Assembly (NCBI GenBank): GCA_021324095.1
Contig: JAJPJT010000013.1
Location: 14,282-78,281 of the forward strand
Origin: Gammaproteobacteria bacterium
Lineage (GTDB): Bacteria > Pseudomonadota > Gammaproteobacteria > Xanthomonadales > Rhodanobacteraceae
Reading direction: 5' to 3'
DNA: 64,000 bases
In this document: positions 56,828-64,000 of the stretch, one piece after another
Position numbering within the stretch: position 1 is the first letter of the stretch
How the letters are laid out: the number at the start of each line of letters is the position of its first letter
Program-made: the position numbers and the translations under genes
Notes under the pieces: model-generated
Told to the model about the DNA's origin: nothing
Databases searched by the model: none
What the model saw: only the letters and a program-made list of their open reading frames with translations

Positions 56828-59041
56828 ATGCAACGCGCACTGGTCGTCCGGCTATCCATCGGCATGTTGTTCTGCCTCGTCGGGCTGTCGTTCACTGCCC
56901 CGGCGCATGCGCAACTCGATCTCGTTCCCGAGCCGCAGCACGTGACCCGCGGCCAAGGCGTCTTCGAACTGGAAAGCGGCGACCGCATCACGGCGCCCGG
57001 CGACGCGCGCGCCCAGTGGATCGCCGGTTTCCTGCGCGACAGGATCGAGCAGCAGACCGGCGTGGCTTTGCAGGTGGTGGCCGCACCCGATTACGGCAAG
57101 GTCGTTTTGCGCATCGATCCCTCCGTCCACGGCGATGAGGCTTACCGGCTGGATGTCACACCCCGACGGGTAACGATCGCAGCGGCCGACGACCGTGGGC
57201 TGTTCTGGGGCGTGCAGACCCTGCGCCAGTTGTTGCCGTTGCAGCATGAAGTACCGCCGACGATTCCCGCGGTGAGCATCGAGGATGCGCCGCGCTATTC
57301 GTGGCGCGGCGTGATGCTGGACGTTTCGCGGCATTTCTATCCGGTCGCGTTCGTCAAGCAGCAGATCGCGCTTGCTTCGTACTACAAGTTCAATGTCTTC
57401 CACTGGCACCTCACGGACGATCAGGGTTGGCGCATCCAGATCAAGCGCTACCCGAAGTTGACGAGCGTGGGCGCGTGGCGCACCGAAGCGGATGGCAGCC
57501 GTTACGGCGGCTTCTACACGCAAAAGGAAATTCGCGAGGTGGTCGATTACGCGCGCGAGCGCAACGTGATGGTGGTGCCGGAGATCGAGATGCCGGGACA
57601 CACCAGCGCCGCCATCGCCGCGTATCCCGAGCTGTCCTGCAGCGGCAAGCCGATCACCGTGCCGACCACCTGGGGCGTTTTCCGCGACGTGGATTGCGTC
57701 GGCAAGGACAGCACTTTCAGGTTCCTGGATAACGTGCTGGACGAAGTGGTGAAGCTGTTCCCTTCGCCCTATGTCCACATCGGCGGCGACGAAGTGCCGG
57801 AAGGCGTGTGGGCCGACTGCACGTCTTGCCAGCAGCTCGCGAAGGCGAAGGGGCTGCAGGGCGAAGCCGGCCTGCACAGTTATTTCGTCAACCGGATCGG
57901 CGCGTATCTTGCGGGCAAGGGCAAGACCCTGGTCGGCTGGGACGAAATTCTCGAAGGCGGCCAGCTCAGCCCGCGCGCGATCGTCGAAGTGTGGCGGGGA
58001 CCGGAAGGGGCAAAGCAGGCGCTGGCCAACGGCAACCGGATCATCCTCGCCGGACCGTTCTACCTCGACACGCCCATCGACCGGATGACTCTCGAGGACC
58101 TTTACCGCACCGATCCGTTTGACGATCCGCTGTTTGCGAAATACCCGAAGCAGGTCCTGGGCGGGGAAGCGCCGCTGTGGAGCGAGCGCGCCACGCCCTT
58201 GAACGGCGACGCGCGCCTGTACCCGCGGCTGATGGCGATTTCGGAGCACCTCTGGAATCCGGCCGCGCACGACTGGCACAGTTTCCTGCTGCGCGCGCGG
58301 GCGCAGGAGGCGTGGCTGGCGTCGCAACGCGTTGCTTACGGCCCCGAGGACGAGGACATCGTCGATTACCGGTTCATCTTCAATCCGACCTACAAGCGCT
58401 GGCGGATCCGCGCCGCGCGCGGCTTCGACGACCTGCTCTTGCACTACACGCTCGACGGCAGCGAGCCGACTGCGGCATCGCCGTCGTTCGGGGACGTGCT
58501 CGATCTCTACAAGCCAGCCACGGTCACCGTCGCGCCGTTCCGCGGCGACGTGCAATACCAGGCGAGCCGGACCTTCCGGATCGTGCAGAACCTCGCGCTT
58601 GGCGATCCTGTCACGTTTGCGGCGCCCCCCGCCGCACGTTATTCGGCCAGCCTCACTGATGGCATTCTGGGCGACATTTATCTTGCGGATGGGGGATGGG
58701 CAGGCTGGCAGGGTGTGGACATGGATACGACGATCGACCTGGGCCAGCCGACGGTCCTGCACTCGATCGATGCGCGTTTCCTGCAGAACATGCAGGCGTG
58801 GGTGCTGTTGCCGCGCAGCGTGACCTTCGAGGCCTCGAACGACGGCAAGAACTGGACATCCTTGCAGACGGTTCCCTTGACCGTGGATCCGGGCAACATG
58901 CGCCCGTTCATCCGTGATGTCACGTTCTCGGCTTCGAGTCCCGTGACGGCGCGTTACGTGCGGGTGGTGGCCGCGCGTTACGGGCAACCCGTCAACGGCA
59001 TCCAGACATGGATCTTCTCGGACGAGATCATCCTGAAATGA
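56828..59041 (+). CDS. beta-N-acetylhexosaminidase (GH20) with C-terminal F5/8 type C (discoidin)-like domain
   Basis: A signal peptide is present. RGVMLDVSRHFYPV, FHWHLTDDQGWR, EIEMPGHT and HIGGDE are the GH20 catalytic motifs. The C-terminal ~150 aa are carbohydrate-binding-like. Confidence 0.9.
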   Translation: MQRALVVRLSIGMLFCLVGLSFTAPAHAQLDLVPEPQHVTRGQGVFELESGDRITAPGDARAQWIAGFLRDRIEQQTGVALQVVAAPDYGKVVLRIDPSVHGDEAYRLDVTPRRVTIAAADDRGLFWGVQTLRQLLPLQHEVPPTIPAVSIEDAPRYSWRGVMLDVSRHFYPVAFVKQQIALASYYKFNVFHWHLTDDQGWRIQIKRYPKLTSVGAWRTEADGSRYGGFYTQKEIREVVDYARERNVMVVPEIEMPGHTSAAIAAYPELSCSGKPITVPTTWGVFRDVDCVGKDSTFRFLDNVLDEVVKLFPSPYVHIGGDEVPEGVWADCTSCQQLAKAKGLQGEAGLHSYFVNRIGAYLAGKGKTLVGWDEILEGGQLSPRAIVEVWRGPEGAKQALANGNRIILAGPFYLDTPIDRMTLEDLYRTDPFDDPLFAKYPKQVLGGEAPLWSERATPLNGDARLYPRLMAISEHLWNPAAHDWHSFLLRARAQEAWLASQRVAYGPEDEDIVDYRFIFNPTYKRWRIRAARGFDDLLLHYTLDGSEPTAASPSFGDVLDLYKPATVTVAPFRGDVQYQASRTFRIVQNLALGDPVTFAAPPAARYSASLTDGILGDIYLADGGWAGWQGVDMDTTIDLGQPTVLHSIDARFLQNMQAWVLLPRSVTFEASNDGKNWTSLQTVPLTVDPGNMRPFIRDVTFSASSPVTARYVRVVAARYGQPVNGIQTWIFSDEIILK

Positions 59042-61842
59042 ACGTGCCCCAAAATCCCTCTCCCTTCGGGAGAGGGTGGCGCGAAGCGCCGGGTGAGGGT
59101 CCGGGATTGCGCCATGCGCGACACTTCGCGAGGTTCGTACCCTCACCCCTACCCCTCTCCCGGAGGGAGAGGGGTTCCAGAGCTTGGCGGGAAGTACGGG
59201 CGTGGCTGCTTTTTGCGCTGGCGTGCATTCTGTTGCTGCCGTCGATGGCAAGCGCGCTCACAACGCAATCGCTGGACAACGGCTGGCAGTTCCGCCTCGC
59301 GCCCGGCGACCCGCAAGCGCAGGAACATCCGCGCGCGGCGCAGTGGATGCCGGCGACGGTGCCGGGCACGGCGCAGACCGACCTGATGGCATTGAAGCTG
59401 GTTCCGGATCCGTACTGGCGCACCAACGAGGCGAAGATCCAGTGGGTCGGGTTGTCCAACTGGCAGTACCGCACGCGTTTCGACGTCGATGCCTCCACCA
59501 TGGGGCGAGCGCACGTCGACCTCGTGTTCGATGGCATCGACACCTTTGCCGACGTGTACCTCAACGGCCACAAGATTCTTTCCGCCGACAACATGTTCCG
59601 GCGCTGGCGGGTGCCGGTGAAGCCGTGGCTGCATGCAGGCGCCAATACGCTGGAAGTCGTCCTGTATTCGCCGATCGAACGCCTGTTGCCGTGGCTGCTG
59701 AAACAACCGTACGCGTTGCCGGGCGAATTCGATTCGGTGTTCGGCGACGAGCCCAAGGGCAAGCAGACGGCCAATTACGTGCGCAAGGCCGCGTACCAAT
59801 ACGGCTGGGACTGGGGTCCGCGCGTGGTCACCGAGGGCATCTGGCAGGACGTGAAGCTGGAAAGCTGGGATGCATTGCGCCTGGCGGACTTTTCCATCGC
59901 GCAACCGCAGGTGACCGCCGACGTGGCGCAACTGCAGGCCCAACTGGATCTGGAGGCGGACCGCGCCGGGAAAGCCGAAATCACCCTGCGCTGGCGTGCG
60001 CCCGACGGTACGACGCACTCGCTTGCGCAAACCGAAACGTTGCGCGCGGGTGCCAATCACATTGGCATTCCTTTCAGGATCGAGCACCCCCAACGCTGGT
60101 GGCCGGCAGGTTACGGCAAGCCGAACCTGTACGAGTTCCACGTCGATGTCGGCGTCGATGGCAAACCGCTCGCGAGCGCGGACCGGGAAACCGGCCTGCG
60201 CAGCGTCGAGCTGCGCCGCCGCAAGGACCAGTGGGGCAAGGGCTTCGAATTCGTCGTCAACGGCGTGCCGATTTTTGCCAAAGGCGCGAATTTCATCCCG
60301 ATGGACGTGTTCCCGACCCGGGTGACGCCGGCGCGCATCCGGCAACTGCTCGAATCCGCGCGCGACGCCAACATGAACATGCTGCGGATCTGGGGCGGCG
60401 GTTACTACTTGCCCGACGATTTCTACGCGGACGCCGACAAACTCGGGCTGATGGTGTGGCAGGAGTTCATGTTCGGGGGTGCGATTCCGCCGGCCGGCAC
60501 TGCGTTTCGCGACAACACGCGCATCGAAGCGATCCAGCAGGTGCAACGCCTGCGCGACCATCCGAGCATCGTGCTGTGGTGCGGCAACAACGAGGTCGAG
60601 ACCGGCTGGGAATCCTGGGACGACCGCAAGGCCTTCAGGAAATCGATCACGCCCGCGCAACGCGAACACATCGAGCGCGGCATGCGCGAACTCTTCGACC
60701 ACACGCTGCGTGACGTGGTTGCGAAATACGAACCCAGCGTGCCGTACTGGCCGAGTTCACCCGGCACCGACTACGAGGGGCCGGTCAACGTCACCGACAA
60801 CGGCGATTACCACTACTGGGACGTATGGTCGGGCAAGGCGCTGCCGGTCACGGCCTACCTCGACGTGACGCCGCGCTTCATGACCGAATATGGCCTGCAG
60901 TCGATGCCGGTGATGCAGACGATCGACGCGTTCACCGTGCCATCCGACCGGTCGATCGACTCCAAGGTGGTGCGCGCGCACCAGAAGTACGACAGGGGCA
61001 AGCGCTACGCCGAAAGCAAGGGCAACCGGCGATTGCTGTCGTACGTCGAGCGCGAGTTCGGCAAGCCGAAGGATTTCGCTGCGCTCGATTATCTGAGCCA
61101 GGTGATGCAGGCCGAAGGAATAGAGTTGGCGGCCGAGCACCTGCGCGCGTCGCGGCCGGAGAGCATGGGCTCGCTGTACTGGCAGCTCGACGACGACTGG
61201 CCCGGGATCACCTGGTCCAGCATCGATTACTACGGCCGCTGGAAGGCACTGCAGTGGCATGCAAAACGGTTCTACGCACCATTGCTGATCGCGGCGTTGC
61301 GGAACGGCGGCAGCACGCGGGTGACGCTGGTTTCCGACCGAACGACCCCGGTCGCGGCGCAATGGCGGATGCGGGTGTTGGATTTTGCCGGCAAGCTGCT
61401 CCAGGAGAGGCACGCGAACGTAACGTTGCAACCGCTCTCGGCGACGCGCGTCGGTGAATTCACGGATGCGCAGTTGCTGCGCGGCGCCGATCCGCGTGCG
61501 ACGTTCGCGGTGTTCGAGCTCCTCGTGGACGGACGCGAGGTGTCGCGCAACCTGGTGTTCTTCGATACGCCGAAGAACCTCGCGCTGCCCCTGCCGCAAA
61601 TCCATACGCAACTTGCGCGAGCAAACGACGGCTACACCCTGACGCTCGCATCCGACGCGCTGTCGCGCGAAGTGTGGGTATCGTTCGGCAGCCTCGATGC
61701 CAACGTTTCGGACAATTCATTCGACATCCTGCCGGGGCAGTCGGTGACATTGACCGTGCGCAGCAGCGCCGGCCTCGCTGCCTTGCGCAAGGCGCTGCAG
61801 GTAGAGGATCTCGCCGACGCGATGCGGGGCGCTTCGAAGTGA
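59038..61842 (+). CDS. beta-mannosidase (GH2); start codon uncertain
   Basis: The mature sequence LTTQSLDNGWQFRL...WMPATVPGTAQTDL...VPDPYW...GANFIP...WQEFMF...NNE is typical of GH2 beta-mannosidase. Candidate starts are ATG 59038 (overlapping the GH20 stop), GTG 59044, TTG 59107, TTG 59233 and ATG 59245. Confidence 0.85.
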   Translation: MNVPQNPSPFGRGWREAPGEGPGLRHARHFARFVPSPLPLSRRERGSRAWREVRAWLLFALACILLLPSMASALTTQSLDNGWQFRLAPGDPQAQEHPRAAQWMPATVPGTAQTDLMALKLVPDPYWRTNEAKIQWVGLSNWQYRTRFDVDASTMGRAHVDLVFDGIDTFADVYLNGHKILSADNMFRRWRVPVKPWLHAGANTLEVVLYSPIERLLPWLLKQPYALPGEFDSVFGDEPKGKQTANYVRKAAYQYGWDWGPRVVTEGIWQDVKLESWDALRLADFSIAQPQVTADVAQLQAQLDLEADRAGKAEITLRWRAPDGTTHSLAQTETLRAGANHIGIPFRIEHPQRWWPAGYGKPNLYEFHVDVGVDGKPLASADRETGLRSVELRRRKDQWGKGFEFVVNGVPIFAKGANFIPMDVFPTRVTPARIRQLLESARDANMNMLRIWGGGYYLPDDFYADADKLGLMVWQEFMFGGAIPPAGTAFRDNTRIEAIQQVQRLRDHPSIVLWCGNNEVETGWESWDDRKAFRKSITPAQREHIERGMRELFDHTLRDVVAKYEPSVPYWPSSPGTDYEGPVNVTDNGDYHYWDVWSGKALPVTAYLDVTPRFMTEYGLQSMPVMQTIDAFTVPSDRSIDSKVVRAHQKYDRGKRYAESKGNRRLLSYVEREFGKPKDFAALDYLSQVMQAEGIELAAEHLRASRPESMGSLYWQLDDDWPGITWSSIDYYGRWKALQWHAKRFYAPLLIAALRNGGSTRVTLVSDRTTPVAAQWRMRVLDFAGKLLQERHANVTLQPLSATRVGEFTDAQLLRGADPRATFAVFELLVDGREVSRNLVFFDTPKNLALPLPQIHTQLARANDGYTLTLASDALSREVWVSFGSLDANVSDNSFDILPGQSVTLTVRSSAGLAALRKALQVEDLADAMRGASK
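59056..59175. repeat. R-family palindromic repeat pair lying inside the 5' end of the beta-mannosidase reading frame
   Basis: One copy is ccctctcccttcgggagagggtggcgcgaagcgccgggtgagggt (59056-59100). The inverted copy is accctcacccctacccctctcccggagggagaggggt (59139-59175). Confidence 0.8.
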
Positions 61843-64000
61843 GCGCGCGTGCTGCCGCGCTGGCTGCCGTCGGGTTGATCGCGCTCGCGGCTCACGCTCA
61901 CGCGACACAGGACGAGGCGATCGCGCGCGCCCGCGCGTTGGTCGCGCAGATGACGCTGCCCGAAAAAGTGGCCCAGTTGCAGGACAATGCGCCGGCGATT
62001 CCGCGCCTGCACGTGCCCGCCTACGACTGGTGGAACGAGGGCCTGCACGGTCTTGCACGCGGCGGCTACGCCACCGTGTTTCCGCAGGCAATCGGACTGG
62101 CGGCGAGCTGGGATCCCGCTTTGCTGGAAAAAGTAGGGGCGGCCGTGTCCGTCGAAGCGCGTGCGAGGTTCAACGCGATCGGCGCGGATCACGATCACGG
62201 GCGTTACCAGGGGCTCACGATCTGGGCGCCCAACATCAACATCGATCGCGATCCGCGCTGGGGCAGGGGACAGGAAACCTACGGCGAGGATCCGTATCTC
62301 ACCGGCCGGCTCGCCGTGGCTTTCGTTCGTGGCATCCAGGGCGACGATCCCGCGCGTCCGCGCGCGATCGCGACGCCCAAGCACTTCGCGGTGCACAGTG
62401 GGCCGGAGCCCGGCCGCCACGGTTTCGACGTCGACGTCTCGCCGCACGATCTGGAAGCCACGTACCTGCCAGCATTCCGCGCGGCGGTGACGGAGGGCCA
62501 AGCCGGGTCGGTGATGTGTGCCTACAACGCGCTGCACGGCACGCCTGTGTGCGCGGACGATTGGCTGTTGAACACGCTGCTCCGCAAGGATTGGGGCTTC
62601 AAGGGCTACGTCGTGTCCGATTGCGACGCGGTCGACGACATGACGCACTTTCATTACTACAAACCTGGCGACGCGCAATCGTCCGCGGCCGCGATCGCGG
62701 CGGGCACCGACCTCGATTGCGGCAACGCCTACGCGTCGCTGGACGAGGCGGTGCGCAAAGGGTACGTGAAGGAATCCGTGCTGGATGCCGCACTGGTGCG
62801 CCTGTTCGCCGCGCGGTATCGCCTGGGCACATTGGGCGGCGATCGCGACGATCCGTACGGGCGCATCGGCATCGACCAGATCGACAGTGCGGCGCATCGC
62901 GCGTTGGCGCTGAAGGCAGCCCTGGAATCCATCGTGCTGCTGAAGAACGCGCACGCCACCTTGCCGCTGCGTGCCGGCATCAAGATCGCCGTGGTCGGCC
63001 CGGATGCCGACACGGTCGAAACACTCGAAGCCAGCTACCACGGCACCGCGCGCGATCCGGTCACGCCACTGGAAGGATTGCGGCAACGCTTCGGCGCCGA
63101 TCACGTGAGCTACGCGCAAGGCGCGCCCGTCGCAGCCTCCGTGCCGATTCCGATCCCGGAAACCGCCTTGCGCAGCGACGGCACGCCCGGCCTCGAAGGC
63201 GAGTATTTCGCGAACCTCGATTTCAGCGGCAAGCCGCGCGTCACACGTGTCGATCGCACGGTCGATTTCGACTGGGACCACGTTGCGCCGGCCGGCAATC
63301 TGGATCCCGATCGCTACGCGGTGCGCTGGACCGGCGAACTGGTTCCTCCCGGTGCCGGCGATTACACGCTGGCCGTGCACGTCGACCGCTGCTTCGACTG
63401 CCGTGGCCACGATCCGGTGCGGCTGTTTCTGGACGGGAAGAAAATCATCGACGACAACGGCAGTGGCAAGCACATGCGCGCGAGCGTGCACTTCGCGGAC
63501 GCGTCCCCGCATCGCATCAGACTCGAGATGGTGCACGGCGGGCAGGACCAGGGCATCCGGCTGCAATGGGTGGCGCCCGCCGCGGCGCAACTGGCGCAAG
63601 CGGAAGCCGCGGTGAAGCACGCCGACGTGATCGTTGCTTTCGTCGGCCTGTCGCCCGATGTCGAAGGCGAGGAACTGCCGATCGACGTGCCGGGTTTCGA
63701 CCACGGCGACCGCACCGACATCGCGCTGCCGGCCGTGCAGCGTACCCTGCTAAAAACGATGGCGGCGACCGGCAAGCCGCTGGTCGTCGTCTTGATGTCC
63801 GGCGGGGCCGTGGCGCTGGATTGGGCCGCGCAGCACGCGGATGCGATCCTCGCGGCGTGGTATCCGGGGCAGTCCGGCGGAACGGCGATCGCGCAAGTGC
63901 TGGCCGGCGACCACGATCCCGCCGGCCGCCTGCCGGTGACCTTCTACCGTTCGACGCGCGACCTGCCGCCCTACGTCAGCTATTCGATGCAGGGGCGCAC
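61839..64000 (+). CDS. GH3 beta-glucosidase/beta-xylosidase with PA14 insert, 3'-truncated by the window edge
   Basis: Not in the ORF track because there is no stop in the window. The GTG at 61839 overlaps the mannosidase stop (GTGA). My own translation gives VSARAAALAAVGLIALAAHAHA..MTLPEKVAQLQDNAPAIPRLHVPAYDWWNEGLHGLARGGYATVFPQAIGLAASWD. A PA14-like segment EGEYFANLDFSGKP...RLQWVAP follows, and the sequence ends ...FYRSTRDLPPYVSYSMQGR. Confidence 0.85.
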   Translation, partial: MSARAAALAAVGLIALAAHAHATQDEAIARARALVAQMTLPEKVAQLQDNAPAIPRLHVPAYDWWNEGLHGLARGGYATVFPQAIGLAASWDPALLEKVGAAVSVEARARFNAIGADHDHGRYQGLTIWAPNINIDRDPRWGRGQETYGEDPYLTGRLAVAFVRGIQGDDPARPRAIATPKHFAVHSGPEPGRHGFDVDVSPHDLEATYLPAFRAAVTEGQAGSVMCAYNALHGTPVCADDWLLNTLLRKDWGFKGYVVSDCDAVDDMTHFHYYKPGDAQSSAAAIAAGTDLDCGNAYASLDEAVRKGYVKESVLDAALVRLFAARYRLGTLGGDRDDPYGRIGIDQIDSAAHRALALKAALESIVLLKNAHATLPLRAGIKIAVVGPDADTVETLEASYHGTARDPVTPLEGLRQRFGADHVSYAQGAPVAASVPIPIPETALRSDGTPGLEGEYFANLDFSGKPRVTRVDRTVDFDWDHVAPAGNLDPDRYAVRWTGELVPPGAGDYTLAVHVDRCFDCRGHDPVRLFLDGKKIIDDNGSGKHMRASVHFADASPHRIRLEMVHGGQDQGIRLQWVAPAAAQLAQAEAAVKHADVIVAFVGLSPDVEGEELPIDVPGFDHGDRTDIALPAVQRTLLKTMAATGKPLVVVLMSGGAVALDWAAQHADAILAAWYPGQSGGTAIAQVLAGDHDPAGRLPVTFYRSTRDLPPYVSYSMQGR

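Noticed and set aside
59008-59037. ATG 59008 (the ORF-track start of the mannosidase ORF) as the true start
   Set aside because: It lies 30 nt inside the GH20 coding sequence. The ATG at 59038, overlapping the GH20 stop, is the more conventional coupled start. None of the upstream options resolves the repeat read-through, which is reported as a finding.
56852-59251. 799-aa minus-strand ORF
   Set aside because: It is antisense to the GH20 hexosaminidase. It has shadow-ORF composition.
61632-63704. 690-aa minus-strand ORF
   Set aside because: It is antisense to the GH3 gene. That gene is not in the track only because it has no stop in the window. My own translation of the + frame from 61839 gives canonical GH3 and PA14 sequence.

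Overview
This is a 64-kb chromosomal segment from a high-G+C gammaproteobacterium (roughly two-thirds G+C by eye). Gene content and order look Xanthomonadales-like (Rhodanobacteraceae or Xanthomonadaceae); the taxon is an inference.

Layout:
- 1-8.3 kb: LPS/glycosylation genes. These are two GT9 genes, a GT2, gmd-rmd, two paralogous GT1 genes and an ArnT-like GT39.
- 8.3-19.9 kb: housekeeping genes def-fmt-rsmB, LysM-dprA-topA-tsaC, an orphan AMP-ligase and purD.
- 20-36 kb: lplT, hemC, slt-SDR-cca, an exported repeat protein, an EEP nuclease/phosphatase, tandem dsbA, cytochrome c4, engB and plant-type gshA.
- 37-64 kb: a TonB-dependent carbohydrate-utilisation super-locus. It combines N-glycan deglycosylation (glycosylasparaginase, two GH29 genes with one frameshifted, GH20, GH2, GH3), non-phosphorylative L-fucose catabolism and a mannose isomerase/fructokinase/transporter set.

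I recognised no rRNA, tRNA, CRISPR array, transposase or integrase.

Most noteworthy observations:
- Three low-GC islets interrupt housekeeping DNA. One holds a PD-(D/E)xK-motif protein plus an exported protein (19972-21452). One holds a lone protein with an RN-x4-H HEPN-type motif (35263-36175). One holds a small DUF6429-like ORF (23918-24503).
- There are at least four families of palindromic intergenic repeats. Some are read through in frame inside genes (fmt, the beta-mannosidase 5' end) or donate stop codons (lplT, fructokinase).
- An A-free C/T tract with G-quadruplex potential directly abuts the purD start codon.

The many long antisense ORFs in the track are GC-driven shadows and were rejected.
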